Shown: in pieces, positions 10,386 to 20,727 of the stretch
Layout: each line of letters starts with the position of its first letter
How positions within the stretch are numbered: the first letter of the stretch is position 1
Origin: an uncultured Succinatimonas sp.
GTDB lineage: Bacteria; Pseudomonadota; Gammaproteobacteria; Enterobacterales; Succinivibrionaceae
Direction: 5' to 3'
DNA length: 64,000 bases
Assembly (NCBI GenBank): GCA_900317105.1
Contig: ONFP01000005.1
Location: 286 to 64,285, forward strand
Position numbers and translations under genes: made by a program
Notes under the pieces: model-generated
The model's database searches: none
The model's input: only the letters and a program-made list of their open reading frames with translations
Told to the model about the DNA's origin: nothing

Positions 10386-11069
10386 GTGGAAACCCAGGAA
10401 AACGCACTACAGCAGCCTGTAGAAAATGCTAACGAATCAGTCGTAGAGAAGAATACAGAGTCTGGTTCTCATTTTGAACATGTAAAAGAGTCATTGGAGC
10501 TTCTATATAAGTCTTTTCCAAAGGCATTTGTAAAGGAAGGTGACTGCAAGCCTTTAAAGATTGGTATCTTTGATGAACTTAAAGAAAGAATTTCCGGTAT
10601 TGAAGGTCTTTCTGTATCAAAGGTGCGTGCAGCGCTACGCCTATATACTTCACGTCTTAAGTACCTTTATTCTGTAAAGGAAGGTGCTGCAAGAATTGAT
10701 CTTGACGGTAACGAATGCGGTGATACCGTTAATGCTGAGCATGCTCAGTATGCTTCTGAAAAAATTAAGGAAATCAATCAGAAGCGCAAAGCCACAAAGC
10801 CTGCTAAGAAACAGAATTCACCAAAGAAGTTCTTCAAGAAGAATGGTCCTAAGGGAACTAAGAAAACATTTAAGGTTGAAGGTGATAAGGCCACAGCAGA
10901 GTCTTTAAAGAACGGAACTGAAGTTATTGTTTTAAGCTCTGAACAGCATTTTGTAAAGGGCGTTGTAGCTCAGGATGCAGTTAAGGATACTGTTTACGTT
11001 ACCCTGAAATCAGGTCTTACCGTAAATCTTCCATTAGATAGGGTATTACTTCCAAAAAAGGCAAAGTAA
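10386..11069 (+). CDS. proQ: RNA chaperone ProQ
   Basis: FinO domain (FPKAF..PLKIGIF..RAALRLYT..YL..RIDLDG), Lys-rich linker, C-terminal domain. Directly upstream of prc. Confidence 0.93.
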   Translation: METQENALQQPVENANESVVEKNTESGSHFEHVKESLELLYKSFPKAFVKEGDCKPLKIGIFDELKERISGIEGLSVSKVRAALRLYTSRLKYLYSVKEGAARIDLDGNECGDTVNAEHAQYASEKIKEINQKRKATKPAKKQNSPKKFFKKNGPKGTKKTFKVEGDKATAESLKNGTEVIVLSSEQHFVKGVVAQDAVKDTVYVTLKSGLTVNLPLDRVLLPKKAK

Positions 11070-11083
11070 GGCACTAACTTAAA

Positions 11084-13135
11084 GTGAATAAATTAGCAAA
11101 AATAGCACTGGCCTGTATGTTTGCCGGTGGTTTAGGTGTCTGTGAAGCAAAGCTTACCATTCCAACAGCAGATCAGATGCCGGTTCTATTGCCAGAACCA
11201 AGGCATGATACAGCCTGCTCAAGAATCTACAATTTCTTTACCAGAGCTCACTATAAGATTGTCAATGTGGATGACAAGTTTGCAACCAATGTGATTGACA
11301 GACTTATGTCATATCTGGATTATACTCATTCCTTGTATACTCAGGGTGAAGTAGATCTTATCTATGCTAATACCAAGGGTATAATAAACAGTCTGGATAA
11401 ATGCTATCTGAATTATCCATATGATCTTTATAATAAAAATATAAAAAAGCGTTACGAGAAATACAGCTATTTAATTGGTCTTTTAGATTCTCCTCTTGAT
11501 CTTAAAAAGGATGATTCTATTGAACTTGACCGAACCAAGGCTCCGTATGCCGCTACAGAAGAGGAACTTAAGAATCTGTGGCTTAAGGAGCTTAAGAATG
11601 AATACGAAATACAGCTGTTAAACGGCAAAACTCCTAAAGAAGCAACAAAACGTATTAGAAATCGTTACATAGCTTCTATGAGAAGATTATCTCAGATAAC
11701 CTCAGAGGATGTTTTCTCTGTATTTGAGAATGCCTTTGCCACAGCAATTGATCCTCACACCAATTACTTCGGACCTGTAGAGTCAGAGAATTTTAATGAT
11801 GATATGAATCTGTCCCTAGAGGGTATTGGTGCGGTTTTATCTCAGGAAGATGAATATACTGTTATTGAGTCGATTCTTCCTGGTTCTCCTGCAGAAAAGT
11901 CTAAGCAGTTAAAGCCAAAAGACAAGATTATCGGTGTTAAGCAGAAGAACGGTAAATTCGAGGATATTATCGGCTGGAGACTTACTGAAGTTGTAAAACA
12001 GATTAAAGGAAAGAAAGGCACTAAGGTTACTCTGGAAATAGAAAGAGGAGAAGGTGCAGCAACTAAGACCTTTAATGTTGATATTGTAAGAGACAAGATT
12101 AGACTTCAGGATAAGGAAGCTAAGTCTAAGGTTTACAATTCATACAGCGGCAAGAAAGTCGGTGTAATTACTATTTCTAGTTTCTACACAGATCTTCATC
12201 TGAATGTTAAACGAGAAATTGACAAGCTTAAAGCTCAGCATGTAGATTCTATTATTATCGATCTGAGAAACAATGGCGGTGGTTTGCTACCAGAGGCAGT
12301 ATATACCACAGGTCAGTTTATCAAGTCAGGCCCAGTTGTTCTTGTTCGAGATGTAAACTCAAATGAGGTTCCATACGAGGATGATGATCAGAATATTGAT
12401 TACGATGGACCTCTGGTTGTTCTGATTAATCGTCTATCAGCATCAAGCTCCGAAATTATGGCTGCAGCTCTTCAGGATTATGGAAGAGCTCTGATTGTAG
12501 GAGATACCTCATACGGAAAGGGCACAGTTCAGCAGAGTCGACCTCTGACCAGACTTTATGATCTAAGTGGCTCTGATCTTGGTTCTATTCACTATACAAT
12601 TGCCAAGTTCTATAGAATCAACGGTGGTTCAACACAGCTTCGCGGTGTAACTCCGGATATAGTTCTCCCAACTATGATTGATGTAACTGAACTTGGAGAA
12701 AAGAATGAGCCAAATGCTCTGAAGTGGGACAAGATTTCAAAGGCTGATTATACCCGTTACTCTGATCCTGACAGATTTGTTGACAGATTAACAGAACAAT
12801 ATAAGTCAAGAATCGAGAAAGATCCTGTATTCAATGTAATCAAATCCGAGAGGGAACGTTATTTCAAGCTTAAGGAAGGAAAGGTTATTACCGTAAACTT
12901 CGATAAGCGCAAGAAGCTCTTTGATGAAGATGAGAAAACTGCTCTTAAGAATACAAATATCAGACTCAAGGCTATGGGAAAAGATCCTGTTAAATCTGTA
13001 AAGGATCTTCCAACAGATTTTGAATATGATGATCCGATTCTTCTTGAGACGGTTAACATCGCTTCAGACTATGCTGACATGATTACGAAAAAATCTGATG
13101 TCCATAGTATTGTGGCGCGTAAGGATGCAGAATAA
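11084..13135 (+). CDS. prc: Tail-specific protease
   Basis: DPHTNYF, LEGIGAVL, PDZ domain, DLRNNGGG, SASSSEI, GKGTVQ. Confidence 0.96.
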   Translation: MNKLAKIALACMFAGGLGVCEAKLTIPTADQMPVLLPEPRHDTACSRIYNFFTRAHYKIVNVDDKFATNVIDRLMSYLDYTHSLYTQGEVDLIYANTKGIINSLDKCYLNYPYDLYNKNIKKRYEKYSYLIGLLDSPLDLKKDDSIELDRTKAPYAATEEELKNLWLKELKNEYEIQLLNGKTPKEATKRIRNRYIASMRRLSQITSEDVFSVFENAFATAIDPHTNYFGPVESENFNDDMNLSLEGIGAVLSQEDEYTVIESILPGSPAEKSKQLKPKDKIIGVKQKNGKFEDIIGWRLTEVVKQIKGKKGTKVTLEIERGEGAATKTFNVDIVRDKIRLQDKEAKSKVYNSYSGKKVGVITISSFYTDLHLNVKREIDKLKAQHVDSIIIDLRNNGGGLLPEAVYTTGQFIKSGPVVLVRDVNSNEVPYEDDDQNIDYDGPLVVLINRLSASSSEIMAAALQDYGRALIVGDTSYGKGTVQQSRPLTRLYDLSGSDLGSIHYTIAKFYRINGGSTQLRGVTPDIVLPTMIDVTELGEKNEPNALKWDKISKADYTRYSDPDRFVDRLTEQYKSRIEKDPVFNVIKSERERYFKLKEGKVITVNFDKRKKLFDEDEKTALKNTNIRLKAMGKDPVKSVKDLPTDFEYDDPILLETVNIASDYADMITKKSDVHSIVARKDAE

Positions 13136-13144
13136 ATAATAAAT

Positions 13145-13170
13145 AAAGCCCAGCTGAATGTTGGGCTTTT
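13145..13170 (+). terminator. Terminator after proQ-prc
   Basis: AAAGCCCAGC/GTTGGGCTTT followed by T. Confidence 0.65.
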
Positions 13171-13191
13171 CCATATTTTAAAAGGTGATTT

Positions 13192-15828
13192 ATGACAGCA
13201 GAAAAGCGTAATACCTACAAGGCACAGAAAAGAACAGATTACAAAGCTCCTAATTTTACAGCAACAGATATTGATCTTACTTTTACACTTGATGACACGA
13301 AAACCATTGTCAAGAACGTAACCAGATTTAAAAGATTAACATCTGATGCTAAAGCTCCTTTGATCTTAAATGGAGAAGAGCTTAAGTTAAACTATCTGAA
13401 GGTAGATGGTATTAACTATAAGTTTAAAGAGACAAAAAATGGTGTGGAGATACCTTCTGTTCCAGATGAATTCACAGTTGAACTGGAGAATGAAATTAAT
13501 CCATCTGCCAATTCTTCCTTAATGGGCTTATATAAGTCAAACGGAACTTTCTGTACGCAGTGTGAGCCAGAAGGCTTCCGCAGGATCACTTATTCACTTG
13601 ACAGATCTGATGTTCTTGCAAAATATCGTGTAACCATTATCGGTCCTGAATATGGCTGCGGAGTCCTACTTTCAAACGGAAATCTGATTGAAAGGGGAAC
13701 TAAAAAGAACCGTCCTTATGCAATCTGGGAAGATCCATTCCCAAAGCCAAGCTATCTGTTTGCTCTTGTTGCTGGTACCTTTGATATCGTGTCTGACACT
13801 TTCACCACAATGTCTGGTAGAAAGGTTGCTCTTGAACTATACGTAGATAGAGGAGCGTACGAACGTGGTCTTTGGGCTATGCAGTCTATCAAGGATTCCA
13901 TGAAGTGGGATGAGGACCGCTGGGGGCTTGAGTTTGATCTGGATAATTTCAAGGTGGTTGCTGTTGATTTCTTCAATTTCGGTGCCATGGAGAACAAAGG
14001 TCTTAATGTGTTCAACTCTGTTTATGTAATGGTTGATCCTACCTGTGCAACTGATACCGCTTTCTACAATGTTCAAAGTGTAATAGGGCATGAATATTTC
14101 CATAACTATACTGGTGATAGAGTTACTCTAAGAGACTGGTTCCAGCTTTCACTGAAGGAAAGTCTGACAGTTTTCCGTGATCAGGAATTTTCATCAGATG
14201 TTGCTAATCGAGCATTAACCAGACTGCATGCAATTAATGTAATCCGCGGACCTCAGTTTGCTGAAGATGCCTCTCCAATGGCTCATCCAGTAAGACCAGA
14301 AGAGGTTATGGAGATGAATAATTTCTATACAGTAACCATTTACGATAAGGGCGCTGAAATTATCCGCATGATCCATACCCTGATTGGCGAGAGCAGATTT
14401 AAAAAGGCTCTTAATGACTATCTGCATAAGTATGATGGACAGGCGGTAACCATTGAGGATTTCCTTTGCTGTTTTGAAGAAAGCGCAGGAGTTGATCTGT
14501 CTCAGTTCAGAAGATGGTACACTCAAGCTGGTACTCCTCACGTAAAGGCTTCCTGGACTTATGATGAAGAGAATAAGAATCTGGTACTGAAGCTTTCTCA
14601 ACATACTAATCCAACTCGTGATCAGCAGGTTAAAGAGCCTTTTTATATGCCAATCAGAATGAGCTTCTTAGACAAGGAAGGTCATGATGTTCATCCGGCA
14701 GAGCTTTCATCAGACGGCTATATAATTCTGAATGAGAATGAGCAGGAATACCGTTTCACTCTGGATAGGGATACTTTACCTGTTATTCTTCGTGATTTCT
14801 CTGCACCAGTTAAGCTTGATGCTCCATATACAATGGAACAGCTGCAGCATATGTTGTCTTTCTGTGATGATGCTTTTATCAAGGTTGACTGTGCAACTAC
14901 TATGCAGAACCGTTATATTCATGACAATCTTGAGAGTGCTGCTGCTCAGAGTGTTTTAAAAGAGCCTGCTGAACTGATTGCTTCCTACAAGGCTATTTTA
15001 GATAGTGTTGATTCTCAAAGTGATCTGATTCTGATAAATGAGACTCTAAAGATTCAGAGTATTGCTAATCTGATGGAAACATTTGATAAAATCAACATTG
15101 ATGCAATTAAATATGCACATGATGCTCTTGAAACAAAGGTTGCAGTTTCACTTGTTAATGAGTTTGTTGAGCTTTATGGAAAAATCAGAGCTTCAAGCGC
15201 AAACTACAGCGTTGCAGACATGGGAAGAAGAGCCATCAACAACTCCGCTTTACATATGATTGCCGTAGCTAAATGTGCAATGGATAAGAAGAAAGAGGCT
15301 TCAGATATTGTTCTGAATCATTATAACAGCTCAAAGAACATGACTGATAAGCTTCAAGCCATGACAGATGCTGTTCATCTTGATCTCGAGTGTAAAACAG
15401 AGATTCTGAAGTCTTTTGAAAAAGACTGGTCAAAGGATGCTTTAGTATTTGATAATTTCTTCAGAGTTCAGGCAACAGTTCCTAACAAGAGTGCAATCGA
15501 TAATGTTAAGAAACTTCTGTCACATCCTAGCTATGACGGTAGAAATCCTAACAGAGTAAGAGCTCTGGCTGGTGCGTTGGCTTTATCTAATCCTGTGGCT
15601 TTAAACGATATTTCAGGTGAAGGTTATGATCTTCTGTGCAAGCAGATTAGTGTTTTAAACGATATTAATCCTAGTGTTGCAGCTCGTATTCTGACTCCGC
15701 TGTTAAGCTTCAGAAGACTTGATGAAAAACGTCAGGGAATGATTTTAAATAACCTTAATTCTCTGATGCAGATGCCTAAGTTGTCACGTTCTATTTATGA
15801 GAAAGTAAGCACTGCCTTAAAGGAGTAG
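13192..15828 (+). CDS. pepN: Aminopeptidase N
   Basis: GAMENKGLN, HEYFH..E (M1 zinc motif), NPNRVRAL. Confidence 0.97.
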   Translation: MTAEKRNTYKAQKRTDYKAPNFTATDIDLTFTLDDTKTIVKNVTRFKRLTSDAKAPLILNGEELKLNYLKVDGINYKFKETKNGVEIPSVPDEFTVELENEINPSANSSLMGLYKSNGTFCTQCEPEGFRRITYSLDRSDVLAKYRVTIIGPEYGCGVLLSNGNLIERGTKKNRPYAIWEDPFPKPSYLFALVAGTFDIVSDTFTTMSGRKVALELYVDRGAYERGLWAMQSIKDSMKWDEDRWGLEFDLDNFKVVAVDFFNFGAMENKGLNVFNSVYVMVDPTCATDTAFYNVQSVIGHEYFHNYTGDRVTLRDWFQLSLKESLTVFRDQEFSSDVANRALTRLHAINVIRGPQFAEDASPMAHPVRPEEVMEMNNFYTVTIYDKGAEIIRMIHTLIGESRFKKALNDYLHKYDGQAVTIEDFLCCFEESAGVDLSQFRRWYTQAGTPHVKASWTYDEENKNLVLKLSQHTNPTRDQQVKEPFYMPIRMSFLDKEGHDVHPAELSSDGYIILNENEQEYRFTLDRDTLPVILRDFSAPVKLDAPYTMEQLQHMLSFCDDAFIKVDCATTMQNRYIHDNLESAAAQSVLKEPAELIASYKAILDSVDSQSDLILINETLKIQSIANLMETFDKINIDAIKYAHDALETKVAVSLVNEFVELYGKIRASSANYSVADMGRRAINNSALHMIAVAKCAMDKKKEASDIVLNHYNSSKNMTDKLQAMTDAVHLDLECKTEILKSFEKDWSKDALVFDNFFRVQATVPNKSAIDNVKKLLSHPSYDGRNPNRVRALAGALALSNPVALNDISGEGYDLLCKQISVLNDINPSVAARILTPLLSFRRLDEKRQGMILNNLNSLMQMPKLSRSIYEKVSTALKE

Positions 15829-15832
15829 AGCT

Positions 15833-16063
15833 ATGTTTGGAGAAAATCGCTATCGTTTCTCTCTATCCATGAGTAAACAGACTTTGCTATCACTTTACAA
15901 AGGTGCCTTTCAGAGGGTTAGAGTCCGTACTTTTGAGGGGCTGGTAATCGATATTGATGCCAATCATCTTAAGAAATTTACAACCGAGGACGGTATTCAC
16001 GGCATTTTTGAATTGGTTACCACCAGCTCAAACAAGTTTGTTAAGCTGATTCAGATCGAATAA
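15833..16063 (+). CDS. DUF2835-family small protein
   Basis: Pattern YRFSLSMS..LYKG..VRV..GL..A..L..F..GIHG.FEL..NKFVKL. Position after pepN matches Vibrio/Aeromonas synteny as I recall it. Confidence 0.7.
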   Translation: MFGENRYRFSLSMSKQTLLSLYKGAFQRVRVRTFEGLVIDIDANHLKKFTTEDGIHGIFELVTTSSNKFVKLIQIE

Positions 16064-16076
16064 TTAAGGAATTTTT

Positions 16077-17108
16077 ATGCAGTTTATTCCATACAGTCTC
16101 TATCCGACTTTGGTCCGTCCATTTCTGTTTATGCTCGAGCCTGAGACTGCTCATGATTTAATTATAAAAGGAGCTAAGGCCTGTTCTAGTAAGACACTGC
16201 TACCTTTATTTTCTCAGAATATCGAGTTTCGTCCTGTCAAGGCAATGGGACTAGAGTTTAAAAATCCTTTAGGACTTGCCGCCGGTCTTGATAAAAATGC
16301 CGAGGCTGTGGATTTCTTTGGAGCCTTAGGCTTTGGTCATATTGAGGTTGGAACAGTCACTCCTAAGGCTCAGGACGGTAATCCAAAGCCAAGAATGTTC
16401 AGAATCCCAAGTGCTCAGGGCATAATCAACCGTATGGGCTTTAACAATAAGGGCGTTGATAATCTTGTAGAGAACCTAAAAAAACGCACCTATGAGGGTA
16501 TCTTAGGTATCAGTATAGGTAAGAACGAGACAACTCCCCTTGATAATGCTGTTGATGATTATCTTTTCTGTCTTCGTAAGGTTTATCCTTTTGCAGATTA
16601 CATTGCTGTTAATGTTTCCTGTCCAAATACCCCAGGACTTACAAAGCTTCAGGCTAAAGAGCCTCTCTACAATCTGTTAAAGCCAATCAAGGCAGAGCAG
16701 AAAAATATAAGTGCAACTTCTGGGCGATATGTTCCTTTGGTAGTCAAGTTTTCTCCTGATTTATCTGATGAGGCTTTAGAGAATCTTTGCTCTGTTTGTC
16801 TTGATCTTGAGATTGATGGTTTAACCTGTACCAACACAACTACAAGACGAGATATTATCAGTGGCATGGAGCATGCTCAGGAATGGGGAGGTCTTTCCGG
16901 AGAACCTCTGAGAAATATAAGTTCAGAGACTCTAAAAAGAGCAGCTAAAATCATTGATAAGAAGATCCCTATTATCGGAGTAGGTGGTATCTCAAATGCA
17001 GTCAATGCAAGAGAGCGTTTAAGCGATGGGGCAACATTGATTCAGATATATTCTTCTCTGATTTATAGAGGTCCTGCTGTTATTAAAAATATCGTTAATA
17101 ACATTTAA
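16077..17108 (+). CDS. pyrD: Dihydroorotate dehydrogenase (quinone), class 2
   Basis: GLAAGLDK, EVGTVTP, NRMGFNN, NVSCPNTPG, GGLSG. Confidence 0.97.
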   Translation: MQFIPYSLYPTLVRPFLFMLEPETAHDLIIKGAKACSSKTLLPLFSQNIEFRPVKAMGLEFKNPLGLAAGLDKNAEAVDFFGALGFGHIEVGTVTPKAQDGNPKPRMFRIPSAQGIINRMGFNNKGVDNLVENLKKRTYEGILGISIGKNETTPLDNAVDDYLFCLRKVYPFADYIAVNVSCPNTPGLTKLQAKEPLYNLLKPIKAEQKNISATSGRYVPLVVKFSPDLSDEALENLCSVCLDLEIDGLTCTNTTTRRDIISGMEHAQEWGGLSGEPLRNISSETLKRAAKIIDKKIPIIGVGGISNAVNARERLSDGATLIQIYSSLIYRGPAVIKNIVNNI

Positions 17109-17709
17109 TTATCTCAACATTGAGATTCTCTTCTGACCCTGCCTTTTATTTTTGTGCAGGGTTATTTGATCTCTTCTCAAAAAAATAGTTTTCCCATAGT
17201 CATAACACTCTCTTTTGTATCTTTATTTATATTTTCAAAAATAAGAGGAACGTGGGCAGCCTTATACGTATTGTTATATGTTCTGAATAATTTTGAAAAC
17301 AATATAAATAGGAAAGGGGAGAGATGTGAAAAAAGAAGTAATTATTTAAGCCAATCTAATTTTACCAATCTATACTAAAACTATTATCTGTCTGTTAATC
17401 TAATTCTAAGAAAAATAATTATCAAATAAATAATCTAAATGATAAAAAAATAATCTAAATTTAATTTATATAAAGTAAAAAAATAAGACTAATATAATTT
17501 TATTCAAGTAATATTGTCTCAAAAGAAAAAAAATAATAAAAAATAGTTGACATTTACAAATAAAAATAGCTAAAAAGTGTGATGCACAGATCAGTTATTA
17601 ACAAATAAAAGAATTTTTATTTTTCATTTAGTTTATTTTCTTCAGTTTATAAGCTAAAATGAAAATGAATTACAAATTACAAAAAACTGAATAAGGACAG
17701 CAAAAACAG

Positions 17710-18273
17710 ATGGTTATTAGCCCTCAGAATGATTGTACATGGACTTATCACGATGGTAAGTTAAGTATTAATCTGACAACAGATGAAGGTAAGTCCTATC
17801 TTTTCAAGACTAGGTATAACATCGAAGATTTGTTTGTTCGTCCAGACAGTAACAGTCAGTTCTGTATAGAAGATGCAAATTTATTGACTGACTACCAAGA
17901 TGGTTTGTATGAAATTTTAAAGAATGAAAGTTTTGCCCTTGATCTTGGACTTAATGCAGTAGCCTGTGAGAAGTTTACAAGACCAGCAGCTCCAACCAGC
18001 AGGTACTTTTTAGCTCTTGACCGTCCTGCTTTTGAGTTTGCAAGGGGAGATGTTGTAATACTTTATTCAAAAGCCGGTACAGCAGGATATTGCCTGGTTC
18101 TTGAGGAAAGAGATGCTGACGGTATGGTTAGACTGATGCTTCTTTCAGAGGAGCTGATCTTAGACAAGGAACAGAATAGAGGATATCAGATTGGAATGAT
18201 GATCAGAGTTTGTCCAGAGTGCATTGGTGATATTTATACTGGAACAAATGATCGTCGTGTTAGATACGCTTAA
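17710..18273 (+). CDS. zapC: Cell division protein ZapC-like
   Basis: W.Y..L..FKT..F.IEDA..L..A..F.RP..S..F pattern, right size, and position immediately after pyrD. Confidence 0.7.
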   Translation: MVISPQNDCTWTYHDGKLSINLTTDEGKSYLFKTRYNIEDLFVRPDSNSQFCIEDANLLTDYQDGLYEILKNESFALDLGLNAVACEKFTRPAAPTSRYFLALDRPAFEFARGDVVILYSKAGTAGYCLVLEERDADGMVRLMLLSEELILDKEQNRGYQIGMMIRVCPECIGDIYTGTNDRRVRYA

Positions 18274-18326
18274 AGAATTTTTCTCCTAATTTGCTGTAGT
18301 TCTTAACGTTAGTTAAGACCATTCTC

Positions 18327-18364
18327 TCCCTCAGGGACGCTCCATCCTTGAGGGATTTTTTTTT
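18327..18364 (+). terminator. zapC terminator
   Basis: TCCCTCAGGGA/TCCTTGAGGGA followed by 9 T. Confidence 0.85.
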
Positions 18365-18796
18365 GATCCTATTCCTGTTAGAGTCTCTCAGATATTGATC
18401 CTGTGTTAGATTATCTTTGATCTTATATTCTGATCAAAGCTTATTCCTATAGGGTAATGAGAGTATATATTCAGTATTATGTTCGATAAGACATCGATTG
18501 CAGCCTAGATTGATTATGTGGGGTTAAAGTTCTAATGATTTTATAACGGAATTTTTTATTTTCTTTGATCCTGTCTCTTTAATATAAATTGGTCAAAAGA
18601 GGTTTGATTGATCTATCTTGTGTTTCCGCAAAAAAAAGAAATGGAATTATCTAGGCTTTTAAATTAGCACCGATAGCTACCAGTTCTTTTGAAGTGAATG
18701 CTTTCTTCTTTATGAAGAAGTAAGTTATCTGAATGTGCTTCTGATATCAATGTAAAATGAAAGGGGAGATCTGTGAAGGCAAATGAGGTTATAACA

Positions 18797-18892
18797 GACC
18801 TAAAAAGACCAGAGGCTACATGTTTTATGTAGCCTCTGGTCTTTCTTTGCTGTAGTAGTTTCCTACCATTCTCAGTCCAGTTTTACTGAACT
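18797..18892 (-). ncRNA. Candidate three-hairpin small RNA ending in an 18-bp terminator
   Basis: Minus strand: AGUUCAG-UAAAA-CUGGACU, UGGUAG-GAAA-CUACUA, then a perfect 18-bp stem (18804-18844) and UU. G-U pairs work only on the minus strand. No clear promoter found. Confidence 0.45.
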
Positions 18893-19756
18893 TTTTTTAT
18901 TTAAAATCTGTCGAATACTGATTCTATTTTTTTGAAAAAATCTGATAGTTGATCCTGTTTTGCTGTAATAAATAAGCAAATTCCAAAAGTTATTATTAAC
19001 TGATCTTTCTGTATTATCTTCTGACAAACTAAGTATACATTATTTAAGTTTTCTTTATAACCTAAAAGTGTGAATAACTATATATTTTTAGATAAAAAAG
19101 TTACTTGTAATTGTTTGAACTTAACAGCGGTAAATATAGCTTTAATCATTGTAAACGTAAATTCTGAAAATTCTAAAATAAAAAAATGAGAAAAGTGGTA
19201 AATAAACTTTGAAATTACATCGAATTATGAAAGTAAAATGACTTTATGAAAATGTGGTAATTGTTAAAATATATTTGTATCTAACTTATCTTGTAAATGT
19301 ATATAACATTCTGAAATATAAATAAAATCTCTATATATTATGCGATTTCATAACCATGATTTAGGTATATATTATTATTAAATAAATTGATATATTTCAT
19401 AAAATAAAACAATGTAATTAAATTTACAAAAATGAAAATATTGAAAAGAAATTTAATTACATAAATATGGTCGTTAAACCGGTTTGTGAAAATCTTATGT
19501 ATTATGCCCAAGATTTATGTTTAAGATAGAGTAACGTAAAATAATATAATACATTACAAATGTAATATAGGTTTATACATTATCAATATGCTATTTACTA
19601 TAAAAACAAGTAATAATATATTTACTTATAAATTATAAAATGTAATATATATTGAATGCTTTGAAATAATGTTAATTAGATTTAATAGATCCTAACGAGA
19701 ATGCTCTAGAATCGATTTCTTTTGAGTTTTGGTAGTAATGTATATATAAATCTTTT

Positions 19757-20049
19757 GGAGTTAATACTGGAGTATATTTGATTATTTTTTGAGTGTTTAT
19801 TTAAGTATATTTTTTTGTTTTATGTTTTGCTTTCAGGGATGGGAATTCTCTCCCCTACCGTTCTGTTCAGAGGAGCTAATCTGTCTTTTGGGGATTGTTT
19901 TATCTTTTGATCGGATAAATTATGTTGGAGACATTTTAGAGTGGATCTTTTTTAATTAGAATATCTAAGGAATAGACTTTGGAAACAAGTGTAAACGGAG
20001 TTAATTAGCTAATTAATTTATTGCGAAGTCTTATTTGAGCTACTTAGGA
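19757..20049 (+). ncRNA. Candidate GGA-repeat (CsrB/RsmZ-like) RNA
   Basis: 13 GGA triplets, several in small hairpin loops. Upstream TTGAGT-17-TATAAA (19722-19750). Confidence 0.35.
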
Positions 20050-20050
20050 G

Positions 20051-20127
<77 letters not shown>

Positions 20128-20137
20128 ACTGAGGCAC

Positions 20138-20166
20138 ATTATAGGGATGTCACCCTTAGGTGTCAA
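20138..20166 (-). promoter_or_regulatory. Perfect sigma70 promoter of tRNA-Pro copy 1
   Basis: TTGACA-17-TATAAT with an upstream A-tract, 10 nt before the tRNA. Confidence 0.9.
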
Positions 20167-20611
20167 CTCTTTTTTTTGTTTTAATTTAAATTGAATAATA
20201 TATAGTTCAACTGAATATCTTATCTGACTTTTGGTGCTTATATCTTCTTATTATTGTTTTATGTCTCTTTCTTTTGTTTAAGTCTATACACCATGTATAT
20301 ATGTAGTATGTTTTGTTTTGATTTTGGGCGAAAACATCACTTAACTTAACTTTGAATACATCTTGTCGAGATTTCTTGAATATAACCGGTGCATTAAAGT
20401 TTGCTTATCTTTTGTAACTGATTCTCTAAGCTAATATAAATGAACTATTTTCTGGCGTTTCTAGACTCAGCCTTAATGAATATATTGTATTAAAATTATC
20501 GCGGTCCACTGATAAGAGGAACAACAAGTACAAATAGAGCTATTTTCTGATCTTAGTTTTTTAATAAGGAGAAATATGAGAAGGAGAAATGAGTTAGTGT
20601 GGTTACTTGAA

Positions 20612-20688
<77 letters not shown>

Positions 20689-20698
20689 ACTGAGACAC

Positions 20699-20727
20699 AT
20701 TATAGGGATCCGCCTCCTTTGTGTCAA
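20699..20727 (-). promoter_or_regulatory. Perfect sigma70 promoter of tRNA-Pro copy 2
   Basis: TTGACA-17-TATAAT with an upstream A-tract. The spacer differs from copy 1. Confidence 0.9.

Noticed and set aside
17154-17378. 74-aa ORF after pyrD
   Set aside because: It starts inside the terminator hairpin, has no RBS, and has low-complexity AT-rich composition.
18460-18487. dif site (TTATGTTCGAT resembles the XerD arm)
   Set aside because: Two mismatches in the XerD arm and no recognisable XerC arm.
18274-20050. Canonical oriC
   Set aside because: Only one consensus-conforming DnaA box, no box cluster, and no gidA/mioC/dnaA context. Kept only as a motif observation.
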